A stretch of DNA of 64,000 nucleotides from Marsupella aquatica (taxonomy: Eukaryota > Plantae > Marchantiophyta), in the NCBI GenBank assembly GCA_973895155.1, contig OZ316893.1, positions 3,392,490 through 3,456,489 of the forward strand, read 5' to 3'. How positions within the stretch are numbered: position 1 is the first letter of the stretch; each line of letters opens with the position of its first letter. The notes beneath the pieces were generated by a model that was not told the DNA's origin, did no database searches, and saw nothing but the letters and a program-made list of their open reading frames with translations. Of this stretch, positions 1 through 10,858 are shown one piece after another. A program made the translations under genes and the position numbers.

Positions 1-676
1 ATCCTTCCCCACGGCCTGCAGATAACGGTTGGATCGGGGTCGGGGCGGCTTCCTGAAAAGCGCTTCCAGTGAGAGGAGTGGGAGCTACAGGAATGCAACC
101 AATGCCAGTAGTCCTTGACGACTCAGGTGGATCAGACTTACGAACAAAATCGGGAATCGACTCAAAAGGTTGCTCTGCTGTAGTGATGCAGAGCGGTGGC
201 ATAGGTGCAGGAGCCTCTGTCATCGTGGTCGTGCTTTCACTTTTTGATGTCGTCCTGGGTTTATTGCTGATGCGGTGTAATGCTAAGAGAAATCCGTCGG
301 CTGTTATCGTCTGTATATGGAACATCAAATACAGTAGTACCCAATAAGTTCAGAGCAAACAATCACAAGATCTATAGGTTTAACACCTGAGGTTCAACCA
401 TAAGATATGAATGAATACCAGAGAGTCAGATCTATCTACCACTGAACATTCTTTTCCACGATGAAGGAGAGCACAATTGAGGATAGAATTTGTGTAACAT
501 ACCGTGTACTGTTGACAGTTGTAACCGTAGGGGACTGCAAACCTTTCGCAAAACAGCGAGTCTGCAATCGGAGTTTGCACATCCACATTCTGTGCAAAGC
601 CCAAGAGCTCAGCCATGGCTAGGACTATTGCTACTCTCAGAGCACAGGAACAGAACCACAGCTTCCCGCGCTCCAT
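1..676 (-). CDS. 5' part of an abhydrolase triacylglycerol lipase (LIP1/LIP2-like), running off the window start; exon 1 ~676-503, exon 2 ~310-<1
   Basis: Signal-peptide-like N-terminus, then FCERFAVPYGYNCQQYT, a GT..AG intron and TITADGFLLALHRI. This matches the C..GY.C..Y.V.T.DG(F/Y).L.L.RI start of plant acid lipases. Confidence 0.7.
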
Positions 677-1659
677 CTTTCGAACTGATCGATTACCAAG
701 AGCCCTAAGCTTGAAACGTACCAAAGCGTAGTCAAGCTCTTCTGAGGAACTCGATCAGAGCTCAGACCCTCTCGTTTCCCTCTGGACCCTGGTGCTCCTG
801 TTCTTGGCGAACAGTTTCCTCCCTCCCTTTGATCGACAATCCACGTTAGGAAACAGAGGAACTGATCTTGTGCGCACTAGGGGAAAGTTTTCAGCTCGTT
901 CTATTACGAGGAAGAACAGATCAGACTGAGACTTCGCGAATGGAAGTGGAAAGCTCACGGAGCTTCTCTGAGTATGGAAGACTCTAGACTCCAGAAAACA
1001 CCCCGCTCCGAATTCGTCCGTTCAACGTATACCATTACTTGAATTCGAGACGTATAGCGTTCGACTTGAATCCCAGATTATGCTCCCGCTGATGAGTCAA
1101 TATCAACGTGCATATGATCGCTGCGGAGCTGATCGGTCGCGGGAAACGTACGGTACAGTAAAAGAAAAGCGAAGGAGCAGGAGGGCTCATGATACGGTAA
1201 TATAGAAGCCAAGTACAGTAGCCTATTAGCTACGTACAATTAGTTGTCGCTCGTGTGTACGAGCTCAGCCTTGGCCAATTTTCAAGTTTGAAATTGTTTG
1301 CGCTTATGATGGTAACCTGGGATGGTAACTACACGACTTGCCTGCAGATTAACGTCTCCCAGAAACGGGACGTCGCCTTATTCAAAGTCCTAACGTCAAT
1401 ATTGGATGTCTAATCCATTTCTACCGTGTAGGGTCGAAGAGGTTGTAAGTCCGGCGTGCTAATTCCTAATCGCCTCCGTTCAGTGACCCACATAACAAGC
1501 AGAGAAACTTGTGGGGAGATTATGAGCGCGATCTCCAAGAGTCAGCTAGCGAGCAGCAGGTAGGAGATCGAGAGGCTCTTGAGGACGAGCTCTAGTCGCT
1601 ACTCTTTTCAAACGGAGCGTAGAGCTCCAGCTTGAGTAGTTCATCCCCGGCCAGTTAGA

Positions 1660-2320
1660 GATATATGGTACTCTTGGAATAGCAATGGTGCTATAGCTTA
1701 GCTATTGAGCTTTGCAAGTACACGTCCAGATGTGCAATCTCAAACTGCCGGCTCCATGTTTTGCTAGAGATTCGGAGTGCCCTTGGATGACAACAACTGT
1801 GCATTAATTAGGCAAAGTGTGGCATTTCCCAGGAAACCACAGTATAAACGCCTCGATTGTGCTTCTCATCTTCATGGAATGCTGGTAGAAACATCTGACT
1901 GCCTAGTATTCAGGAAGTAAAGTTGGAACGCTTCAAACGATGATGTAAGTTACCTTACTTTCAAGACTCCAACTTACCAGAGTGATTACGGTAGCGACAA
2001 TCGAAACTCGAGCCCTGCAGTCAAGTCTTATGTTGACTTGCAATGCAATTATGTCAGTAGCAAAGCTCTTCACGCCTAGAACCAAATCTAGAAGTGAAAG
2101 CACGACCACTGCAGAGGCTTCTAAACCTTTGCCACCTTTGATGGCACATGCAAACAGTGCCAGCAAACAATCCGAGACGATGAATCCCGATTTCGTTCGT
2201 GAGTCTGATCAACAGACGATAGTAAGTGCATTGGTAGCACTAGCTGATTGGGAATCCGGCGATCCAATTGACACGATGAGGCCAGGGACCTTGAACCATC
2301 TGAAGAAGACGAATAGCTAA
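1660..2320 (+). pseudogene. Inverted, degenerate duplicate of the lipase 5' exons
   Basis: DVQSQTAGSMFC*RFGVP (~1729-1782) matches DVQTPIADSLFCERFAVP. PRTKSRSESTTTAEASKPLPPL...PDFVRESD (ORF 1982-2320) matches PRTTSKSESTTTMTEAPAPMPPL...PDFVRKSD. Stops and frameshifts are present. Confidence 0.6.
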
Positions 2321-3934
2321 CCTGACAAACGGAACGCATAAGCAGTACTGGGTCCCTTGTCGAATGTGTACAGGAGTCAACTACACACATTTTATTTTAT
2401 ACAAAGGAAACCATCAGTTGATTATAGAAGAGTTGTCGGATAAGTCCTGTAGAAGATTGTTAATACTGATAACATCGTACAAAAGGAAATTCATACTTGA
2501 ATGAACGACCGTTCAAGTGAGATATAACGGCCTCGTGACAAGTGAGTCTTACGACAGCAATTATTAGCCTCTGGTTACTTGTAGCTTAAGGGTAGTGTCT
2601 AGAATACTTTAGACTGAATTTACAATAGTCACCTGTCTTTCAAACATTTTTTCCCCCTAAAAAGAAGCCCTCTAGGCCGCTTCTCGTAGATAGCAGGAGC
2701 TGGCAAATTCCAAACACCATAATTTACTTCTGCTAAGTGCGCTTGTAGAATCAGGATGAACCAAATTCAGTTTCGCTATCAATGGACATGCTTTGTGCTA
2801 GTCACCTCTCATGGCACACACAAGGCAGCAGTAGAATGAATCCATTTATTAGCAACAATCCACTCTGGACGTACGGCCCTGCAGGAACGCCACCTTCGGT
2901 TACAGAATTTACCCCCATCATTGAATCTAGCGCTACTATTTGGCCTGATGGCGTGACACTATCTGTAGTAACACTACCAGCATGTCGAGGGGCAATTGTT
3001 TGTGAGCAAACAATTAGGTACACCATTTTCACAAAGTGGCTCGAGTGAATGTGGCTACTTTGGCTAATTTCCTCCTTCAGAAATGACAACTTAAAACTAA
3101 AGAGGTTGGTTTTAAACTCGCTTGGACAGAGAGATTCTAGATATTCAAGCCTGTGACATACAGCATGGTGTACCTAAATTGGAACTTTCCAGATCGAATC
3201 ATCCATAGAGACCTGAAGCCTTAGGAGCGGAAAATAGGAGACATCGGCTTGTCCAAGTTTGTAAAAAAATGACAAAGGGGAAGCTCCGTATTCTGCAGAA
3301 CCCTCGGCTACATGCCCAATAACGTACTTTACTACCCCAGGTGTACGTGCTGAGCACGACGGAGGAATCTCACCAAGACAACGAATGCAGGTGCTTTGCA
3401 TACTTAACGAGACAGAATGTTTTGTAGGAATAGTCAAATGATAGACTCAGAGATGGAGAGTAGTTAATATGGAAACCACATGTCCTGAGTGAGAGTTCTA
3501 ACTCTTTCAAAAATCATCCGTTGACAATCTTGCAACTACAGACACAAAAAAATGTATATGATTTTGGTTGGGTGCTGTACATTCACCGTTTCAAATCACC
3601 CTCTCCCTGTGCGTTGTCAACCCATGTGTTCGGCTGCCTGCTCTGACTCAAACAGGCAGCCTGCTCACTATCCAGCAGCCCTTCTACTGAGAAAGGCAAA
3701 CTGGCAACTACGTACATCAAGGACCGGCAACCTTGATCTCTAAAAGAAAATGCAACCTCGGCTGTGTTTTCTACAAAATTCCTTGGCTCAAATACATGAG
3801 CAGATAAGAAGAAAGGAAATATTATCTAGAGGCCAGATGGCTATTTCAAAAGCCACGAGACTCCCCACTACAAATACCAATTTCCTTGCCTTCCGAGCAA
3901 TACATCTCTCTCTACTCTACAACAATGGCCGTTC

Positions 3935-6900
3935 TTATTGTTGTGATTGCCCAAAAAGACGGTTTGCAATGGCGCGTACTATGGGGATAATACCGATGAG
4001 AGTCATTTGTAGCTGCTCAGAACTACTAGCCCTAATACTGATTTGTCCAGCTCCTCTGTTATTGAGGTTAGCCCTACCAACCATCATTGTTTTACCTAAC
4101 ATAAATTGAGATTGCAGGTTGCCTCCAACAGCCAAATCGCCATGCCAATCCATGATGGAGACTCCCAGGGTCGACAGAGTACGACTCAAAGGGAATTCTT
4201 TGTCCCTCAGAGTCGCTTCAAGACTTCCACCATATGCTACATCACCACCACCAGTAATAGCACCACCATTCACAACTACCTTTACTCGTTTGCCTACAAG
4301 CAGCCGATCCTCAATCTTCATGCCTGCTGAAACTGTGTCCCCGAGGAGCGTCAGGGCCAGGCCTCCTGTTGTCTTGTTCCCCTTGAAGTTGCTGAACCTG
4401 GTCTCACTTCGCAAGGTGTACCCAAGATCTTTTCCGACTGTCTGCACATCCAAGCCTGCCAAGGTGACCTTGCCTTCCCCGTGCTTCAGTGATGCAGCAG
4501 CTTCCATATTCAGATTCGCATCCTTCTTGTCCTTGGTGATCTGCCCTGAAACTGAGGTGGGAATTTTGTCTCCAATGACAAACATCTTTTCGACACTCAT
4601 GCCGTCATACCCATTGTCATGGTCCCACCCGTGTGTCTCCAGCACGGGCCTGACAAGCCATTGGTTTGCAGTCTCAAGATACCTGTATCTGTGAGTTGGG
4701 TTGTCCGAATCAAAGGAGGGAGGAAGCACCATGTCTGGCATTGGTACCGGCACTGCTGCAGACCTTGCCTCCTCTTCAAGCCCATCATCTGGCCCAAATT
4801 GAGACAGATCTGTGGGTGCCTCCACCATCCTCTTCTTCATTTCCCTCCTCCTCTTCAACTCCTCCTTCCACTGCTTCTTTTGAAACAACCTCTCCCTCTC
4901 AGCAAGCTCTTCAAAATAATTTGCACGGTTTTCTTCGTCAAGCTCAGCTACTTCTTCCTTCGCGAGTCGCCTGAAAGGAGGCAGCTGGTCATAATCCTCA
5001 TCTTCATCAGACGAGTCGTCCTCCTCTAGCTCCTCATCTGAATCATCCTCATCCCCAACCTGCTCATCTGGCAGTTTCAGCGGAGCACGAGACTGGAGAA
5101 GAGAGGAGAGAAGGAATGGCAGAGGAGGAACTCTGGATCGTTGCCCAAAAGGCCTTCCTGGGGTATTATCTTGAAGCTTAAGTAGAGAGTTCGCTTCAGC
5201 AAGAATCTTCGAAGCGAAACATAGCAGCAGAAGCTGGGGCTTCCAGACTTGCCCATTGGGAAGCACTCTTTCCCCTGATCGGTTTACTCTGCAAGCTATA
5301 TGATTCTCCACGAGTGACACCGGGTTCATAAGCCGCATATCCCCTGCAGCCTGACGTATCGTTTGTTGCACCACATGGGACCGCTGGGCAACAAACATCT
5401 CATAGCTCAGAGGGAGTCCATTCGGACCATCAGGAGGAGCAGAGGAAGCATGGGTCAATACAACAATGGCATTGAACCACACTGCAGCCCCAAATGTGTC
5501 TGTGATGGTACGCAGTAAAGGCAAATCCCCATAATCTCTGCTTTGCATGTCAAGGCGGTCAAAATATAGCACAATGTCAGGAGACTGCTTTTTGATGAAG
5601 CCTTTGACAGACGCCATTATCCTCTCATTGTGCCTTTGATCAACAATAGATTGCAGAAGACCTGGTGTGTCTATCACCCTTACTTTAATGCCATGCACGT
5701 GCCCTGTAATTACCTGAACCTTGTTAGTGGAAGGGCTGAATGCATTGGTTCCAGTCTTCGCCTCATCAAAGATGGAGTTTATGGTGGCACTCTTCCCAAC
5801 ACCTGTCTTGCCCAGGATCATTATGGTGCAATCAAAGTCGAGTTCCTCTGGACCGGCTCTCTCCTGCTCCTCCGCAATAGTACTAGCTCGATCGAAACTA
5901 AAAGCTGTATTTCGGGTGTTTCCCCTTCCACCTCTCAGCTGCTCTGCCAACCCAAGCCGGTAGAGAACCTGGGCAACGACGACATTATGTCCAGACTGGC
6001 CAAGTCTCAGGGCCAAACGAAGAAACTTGACTCTTATGGATTGAAGTTTCTCTCGTGTCTCCTCGTTACCATCAGCGGGTTCATCATTGGCCTGGCTCTC
6101 GCTAGCAGAACTGGACGACCGAATGGTGGCACCTTCGGTACTGCGTGGCTGCTGGGCAGCACGAGCAGCTGGCTCCAGTGATGGCAAAGAAGACCTGACC
6201 GCGCGCGTAGGTCGTGCAGGCAAGGAAGGCCCTGCCGAGCCCAACGAGGGAGCCGCTGGGGCAGCCTCACCACTGGAAGAGGGCTCTGCACTACGCAGCA
6301 ACGTTTCCATGAAGCCGTCCTCGTCCTCTTCGTTATCCTCCTCATCCTCTTCATCTTCCTCATCCTCCCCATCCCCTTCCTCTACATCATCAACATTGAC
6401 CAGAAAAGTCTCTGGCTCACCTTCCGCCTTCTCCTCAGCAGATTCATCACCTTTCGTGGCTCCTTCATCTACTGATTTGTTGACTTCAGTCTCTCCAGTA
6501 ACTTCAGGGGCTCCAGAGCTCGCGGGTTTTACCTCCGGTTGATCCTCTGGCAATTGAGCATCCTCGTCAGAGAGCTTGGCTAAGGGCCTTGTCTGACTCT
6601 CCTCGCCTTGTTCGGAAGAACTCTGTACCTTTGCTGGTACAGATTCTTCGTCATTGTTCCCAATGTCGTTGGATTCTTGAATTGGGCTCTCGTATGCTGA
6701 TTGGGGAAGGATCACACTATCATCTAAGTCAGACGGAACTGCCCTTATCTTCGAAGGCAAGCCGTCATTCTGATTGTCAACCTCGCCAATTGTTTCCTCC
6801 ACCGGCTCCTCATTTTCCTCCTCTGGCTGACCGTCAGCACTCAGTTCGTCATCCTCACGCTCCTCAATCACGTCCTCGTCCTCTGACGACAGCTTCGCCT

Positions 6901-8053
6901 TGGGCATGGCTTGAGTCACTGCTGCTTCCCCTAAATCATCATCATGTCCACCATTAGAATACGGCACAAAATTGCTCACTGCCTGGGGCTCATTCTCTAT
7001 GCCCGCACTCGAAATTGGACCTTTCCCTGTCATCTGCGGTTGGTCCTGAACCTCCTCTACTTCACCTTCCTCTGACTTCACATCCTCAACATCTTCACCC
7101 GCATTCAAAATTGCACCGTTTTCAATCAAATCCTCCTCACTCCCCCCGTCAAGCTCATCAAATGACTCGTCCTCAGCTGTGAGCCTAGCTTTAGGCATAG
7201 GACTTTGGGGCTGGGACTGTTCAATGCCTATGTTAGAAGCCTCAACGCTACGGGCATCAACATTGTCGTCAAGTTGAGAGGATTTCTGGTGTGAGGGGGT
7301 TTTACCTTCTGATTTTTCGAGAACCAAGGGCAGAAGAGCATCCACAATACTAGAAAAGCTGGAATCCTCCAAGGTCTGACCAATGCTCTCGGCGAGTTGA
7401 GAAACACGGGATTTGAATTCCTCTTCGGTGGAATTGTCAATCGGTGAGGTGTCTAGAGACGAATTCCCGGAGATCATTTCATTCAGCCTTAAGAGGGCCC
7501 CTTGCTGCGAAGCCCCCAGTTTATGAGGGTTTCCAACTAAGCCAGGGCCTTGCATGGAATCGACCGGGGATGACATTTTAGGGCTGAGGGCAGTGTCGTA
7601 ACTGGCTTCGGACGATGCAGCCATGCGCTCCAACGCACTGTCGAAACTCTCCCCGGATCCACGACTGCCCCTTCCATCTTCTTCTTCCACTTCCTCCTCT
7701 ACTTCCCTGGCACCAACATCGTCATCGACGTCGAGCTCGTCTTGCTCGTCCGAGACGGGGGCTCGGACACGGAGTGGGACTTCCTGCTCTTCATTTCTGC
7801 TGCCACTGAGGTTCGAATTCTCGTCTGGCTGTTGTTGTTGTGGCTGTGGCTGTGGCTGTGACTGTCCAGGGGGGGCTGCTGCTGCGTCCTCATAAGCGTC
7901 GGGCTCGGGATCGTGGAGGAGAATGTCTTGCGCTTCCTCTTGCTCTTCCTTTCTTTCGGATGGGGATTCAGCGATCTGATTCTCGGCGGAGGGGCCATAC
8001 TTGGTTTTACTGGAGGACCGCAATCCGGACGACATCTTCCGTAGTAAATTCAT
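3935..8053 (-). CDS. TOC132: Chloroplast outer-envelope preprotein receptor GTPase, Toc159/132/120 family (copy 1, 1372 aa, intronless)
   Basis: Long acidic A-domain; G-domain GKTGVGKSATINSIF and DTPG; M-domain PPSFDSDNP...WDHD...; C-terminal RASSSEQLQM. The exact subfamily member is uncertain. Confidence 0.93.
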   Translation of the reverse strand: MNLLRKMSSGLRSSSKTKYGPSAENQIAESPSERKEEQEEAQDILLHDPEPDAYEDAAAAPPGQSQPQPQPQQQQPDENSNLSGSRNEEQEVPLRVRAPVSDEQDELDVDDDVGAREVEEEVEEEDGRGSRGSGESFDSALERMAASSEASYDTALSPKMSSPVDSMQGPGLVGNPHKLGASQQGALLRLNEMISGNSSLDTSPIDNSTEEEFKSRVSQLAESIGQTLEDSSFSSIVDALLPLVLEKSEGKTPSHQKSSQLDDNVDARSVEASNIGIEQSQPQSPMPKARLTAEDESFDELDGGSEEDLIENGAILNAGEDVEDVKSEEGEVEEVQDQPQMTGKGPISSAGIENEPQAVSNFVPYSNGGHDDDLGEAAVTQAMPKAKLSSEDEDVIEEREDDELSADGQPEEENEEPVEETIGEVDNQNDGLPSKIRAVPSDLDDSVILPQSAYESPIQESNDIGNNDEESVPAKVQSSSEQGEESQTRPLAKLSDEDAQLPEDQPEVKPASSGAPEVTGETEVNKSVDEGATKGDESAEEKAEGEPETFLVNVDDVEEGDGEDEEDEEDEEDNEEDEDGFMETLLRSAEPSSSGEAAPAAPSLGSAGPSLPARPTRAVRSSLPSLEPAARAAQQPRSTEGATIRSSSSASESQANDEPADGNEETREKLQSIRVKFLRLALRLGQSGHNVVVAQVLYRLGLAEQLRGGRGNTRNTAFSFDRASTIAEEQERAGPEELDFDCTIMILGKTGVGKSATINSIFDEAKTGTNAFSPSTNKVQVITGHVHGIKVRVIDTPGLLQSIVDQRHNERIMASVKGFIKKQSPDIVLYFDRLDMQSRDYGDLPLLRTITDTFGAAVWFNAIVVLTHASSAPPDGPNGLPLSYEMFVAQRSHVVQQTIRQAAGDMRLMNPVSLVENHIACRVNRSGERVLPNGQVWKPQLLLLCFASKILAEANSLLKLQDNTPGRPFGQRSRVPPLPFLLSSLLQSRAPLKLPDEQVGDEDDSDEELEEDDSSDEDEDYDQLPPFRRLAKEEVAELDEENRANYFEELAERERLFQKKQWKEELKRRREMKKRMVEAPTDLSQFGPDDGLEEEARSAAVPVPMPDMVLPPSFDSDNPTHRYRYLETANQWLVRPVLETHGWDHDNGYDGMSVEKMFVIGDKIPTSVSGQITKDKKDANLNMEAAASLKHGEGKVTLAGLDVQTVGKDLGYTLRSETRFSNFKGNKTTGGLALTLLGDTVSAGMKIEDRLLVGKRVKVVVNGGAITGGGDVAYGGSLEATLRDKEFPLSRTLSTLGVSIMDWHGDLAVGGNLQSQFMLGKTMMVGRANLNNRGAGQISIRASSSEQLQMTLIGIIPIVRAIANRLFGQSQQ

Positions 8054-8844
8054 CGCGTCCGACCTCTGAGGCTCTCCCTTTGCCCGTTAGACAGGTTTGA
8101 CAAACCTGCAATCCTAGAACATTCCGCAAGAGATTTGCACAAGGTGTTGGGAAATTCTTCCGTCATTCATCCATATTCCTCCACAGCTAAGTTACTGCAA
8201 AACGGGAATCTTCGCTCCTCTCCAGGCCCCAACTAAGCCTCCCTTCCTTCCCTGTTTCCTGATGTTTATATACCTCTGTACTCGTGCTCCTAATTCGTTG
8301 TGACATTCCTGTCACATTTTCAAGGGAGTACAATCAAAACCCTTACGTGCCTTGTCTCTTTTTGAGAGCGGAATCTCAGGCTAGAGAATATTTCTCCTCT
8401 TCAAAAGCCCTCTACGGCAGGGGAAGGAACTCAATTCTCTGTTCCTGCATTCTGCTCCCGTCCTGCCAAACCTTCCGGTCTGAGTGTGGACAGGAACCTC
8501 ACCTGACTCTGTCCAAATTCTTCCAGGAAATGTCTCTCGTGTCGGCCTCTCCTGCCACACCCCCTCAGTGGAACACCTCGCCTACTCCGCTTTCAAATCG
8601 CAAAAACCCCTGCACCCTCCCTCCGCCTTCGCTTTTCGAGAGCGTCCTCCACTTCTCCTCCCTCTGATGATTCTCTGAATTCTCCAAAACAGTCTCCCTC
8701 TCTCTCTCTCTCTGCAGGTCCTCCTGTCCTGCCAACGACCCTCCCACCTCGGTCTATGAGGTCAATAGATCCTCGTTTCTCTGAGCGAATCTTATTCGTT
8801 CCCTCCTCGAAAACCCGGTATTCCCTCCCTCCAATCAACAAAAC

Positions 8845-8847
<3 letters not shown>

Positions 8848-8885
<38 letters not shown>
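8848..8885. repeat. (CT)n microsatellite upstream of Toc copy 1
   Basis: Direct reading. On the gene strand this is a GA repeat; a shorter tract lies at ~8697-8712. Confidence 0.9.
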
Positions 8886-8889
<4 letters not shown>

Positions 8890-9485
8890 TGTTCTCTCTC
8901 TTTCTGACCAAAAGCCCTGCTGTCTCTCAATTGAATTCCTCGAAATGCATGCTTACAGGCCACACCCTCGAGGCTCCATGGCTCTCCCTGTCCTCTTTCC
9001 CTACTACAGCACTGTCGTCAGTGGAAAGAAGGAAGAAAGAGGTCTTCCACCAGCGGAAGGAAACAAACCGCTTTTCCCGTGGTGCTCTACCACCGGTGGC
9101 ATCAATCCTCCACCAGCATCATCACTCTTCCATTCCACACGAGGACTCTTTTCTTCAGTGGAGAGCAAAGACAACTGGTCTGTCCACCTGGAGAAGGAGC
9201 CAAACCGCTTTTTCCGTGCTCTTTTCGGCTCTCACTGGAATCGCTCCACCATGATCTCCTCAGTCCCACTCTCATTCTATCAGTCTATCTATCCATCCAG
9301 CCACCCAACCAACCACCCGTGAGAGAGCGCCCCTCTCGGATCGTCGACAGTCGACACATCGTCAAGGAAAGAAGAAAAGCGTGGCCCCTCTAGTAAGTTC
9401 CCATGCAGCAGCACCAGAGGAGAGGAGAGGAGAGGAGCAGAATGACACAACGACGGAGACGACTGCTGTAGTGCACAACGTATAG

Positions 9486-9604
9486 GATTAAGGGCTCTTC
9501 CCGTCCCATAATGGGGTATAGGGTCGAGCGTATGTGGAGGCCCCGTGGGCCTACGCATACGCGTAGACCCGTATGCCCATTATGGGGAGGGCCGAGCCCT
9601 AATC
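9486..9604. repeat. ~120-bp imperfect foldback (hairpin)
   Basis: Nested arm pairs: GATTAAGGGCTC/GAGCCCTAATC, CCCATAATGGG/CCCATTATGGG, GCGTATG/CATACGC and AGGCCC/GGGCCT. Confidence 0.8.
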
Positions 9605-10858
9605 AACGTTAAGTATAGGGTAATGCAGGTCTGGGCGCAGGGTTACTAGGCTGTAACCCTGCGTCCGGAATATGAAAAGAAACTGACCAACAGCAACTGG
9701 GAAGCTTCTTTGAATATTCCGGGAGCAGGTTACAGCCTATAACCCCAGCCCTGCCCTGCATTAGTGTACGTAACTCCTGCCCGGAAAGAGGTTACCGGCT
9801 CAACTTTTCAGGACACCGGATTATGACTATAGCAGGCCCCTGTAGAAATGGTTACACACCGGTAACCTCTTCTCCTGACAGGATTTACGGATCATTATGA
9901 ACAGTCTGGATTCGTTTCAGATGAACCGGACGGCTATCCAAGTGTCGTGCAGTGTCAAGGTCGTGAAAACTGACGGACGGCTTGGATGAAAAGGCACTAG
10001 GCGGCCAGATCCAACGGATTAGGGCAATAGACTACCATAGGCTGCCACCTATATGGTGGTTCATTGTTCAACTATTAGCCATTATTTGCCCATTTTGGCT
10101 CTGTCATCGATTGCGCTGGAGTGTCCTTCCAACTTCTCATGTGGCCAGGTCTACAGTTGTGTCTGCGATGGAATGTTGATGCGGAACTGGAGGTTGGCGA
10201 GCCGGAGGCATTGGAGGGCCCGGTCACTAGTCTACATTCAAGCTTTCCATTGCTGTTGCTGTGATTTCATCTGCACGATGCTGCTGTTATCGATTCTTTA
10301 AGCGCCATTGTTTTTATTCTGTTGATTTCATTTGCATGACGCTGCTGCCATCGATTCTTGAATAGAACCCCATTGAGTTCTTGCTGTAATTGCCGTGCGT
10401 TGCAATGGACTGATGAATGCGCAATTGCAGGTTGGCGAGCTGGAGGCATTGGAGGGACGGGCTGATGTTGTTCTTTCTAATCATTTTATTTTGTCATTGA
10501 TTCTTGAAGCGAATCTTGCTCCCGGCTGCTATCATCAATTCTTTGCTCACAACAGGAGGTCTGCAAGCGAGAAGTGTTGGAGGGCCAGGTCACATTTTGT
10601 TGCTAGTTCTATTCAGCTTCGCTGTTGCCATCGATCATTTCTGTTCATGTTCGCTGTTGTGATCGATCATTTTATGCATGACGTGATTGGCCTTTTTGCT
10701 GCCATGATTAATTTAGTGCTCCCGTCACTTCTGCCCCGATTATTTTAGACTGGCATTTTTGCGTGCGACTGCAGGTTGGCGAGTGTTGGAGGACTGCGCC
10801 ACATTGTGCATTGTTGATGATCATAGACAAGCCAACATTTAGCTTAGGAATCAAGTCA

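Noticed and set aside
2782-3437. Coding-looking short ORFs between the lipase pseudogene and Toc copy 1
   Set aside because: No recognisable motif or consistent splice structure; cannot be called without a homology search.
4106-8100. Many antisense and alternate-frame ORFs over the Toc genes (also 28219-32131)
   Set aside because: They are shadow ORFs of low-complexity coding sequence, mirrored in both copies only because of paralogy.
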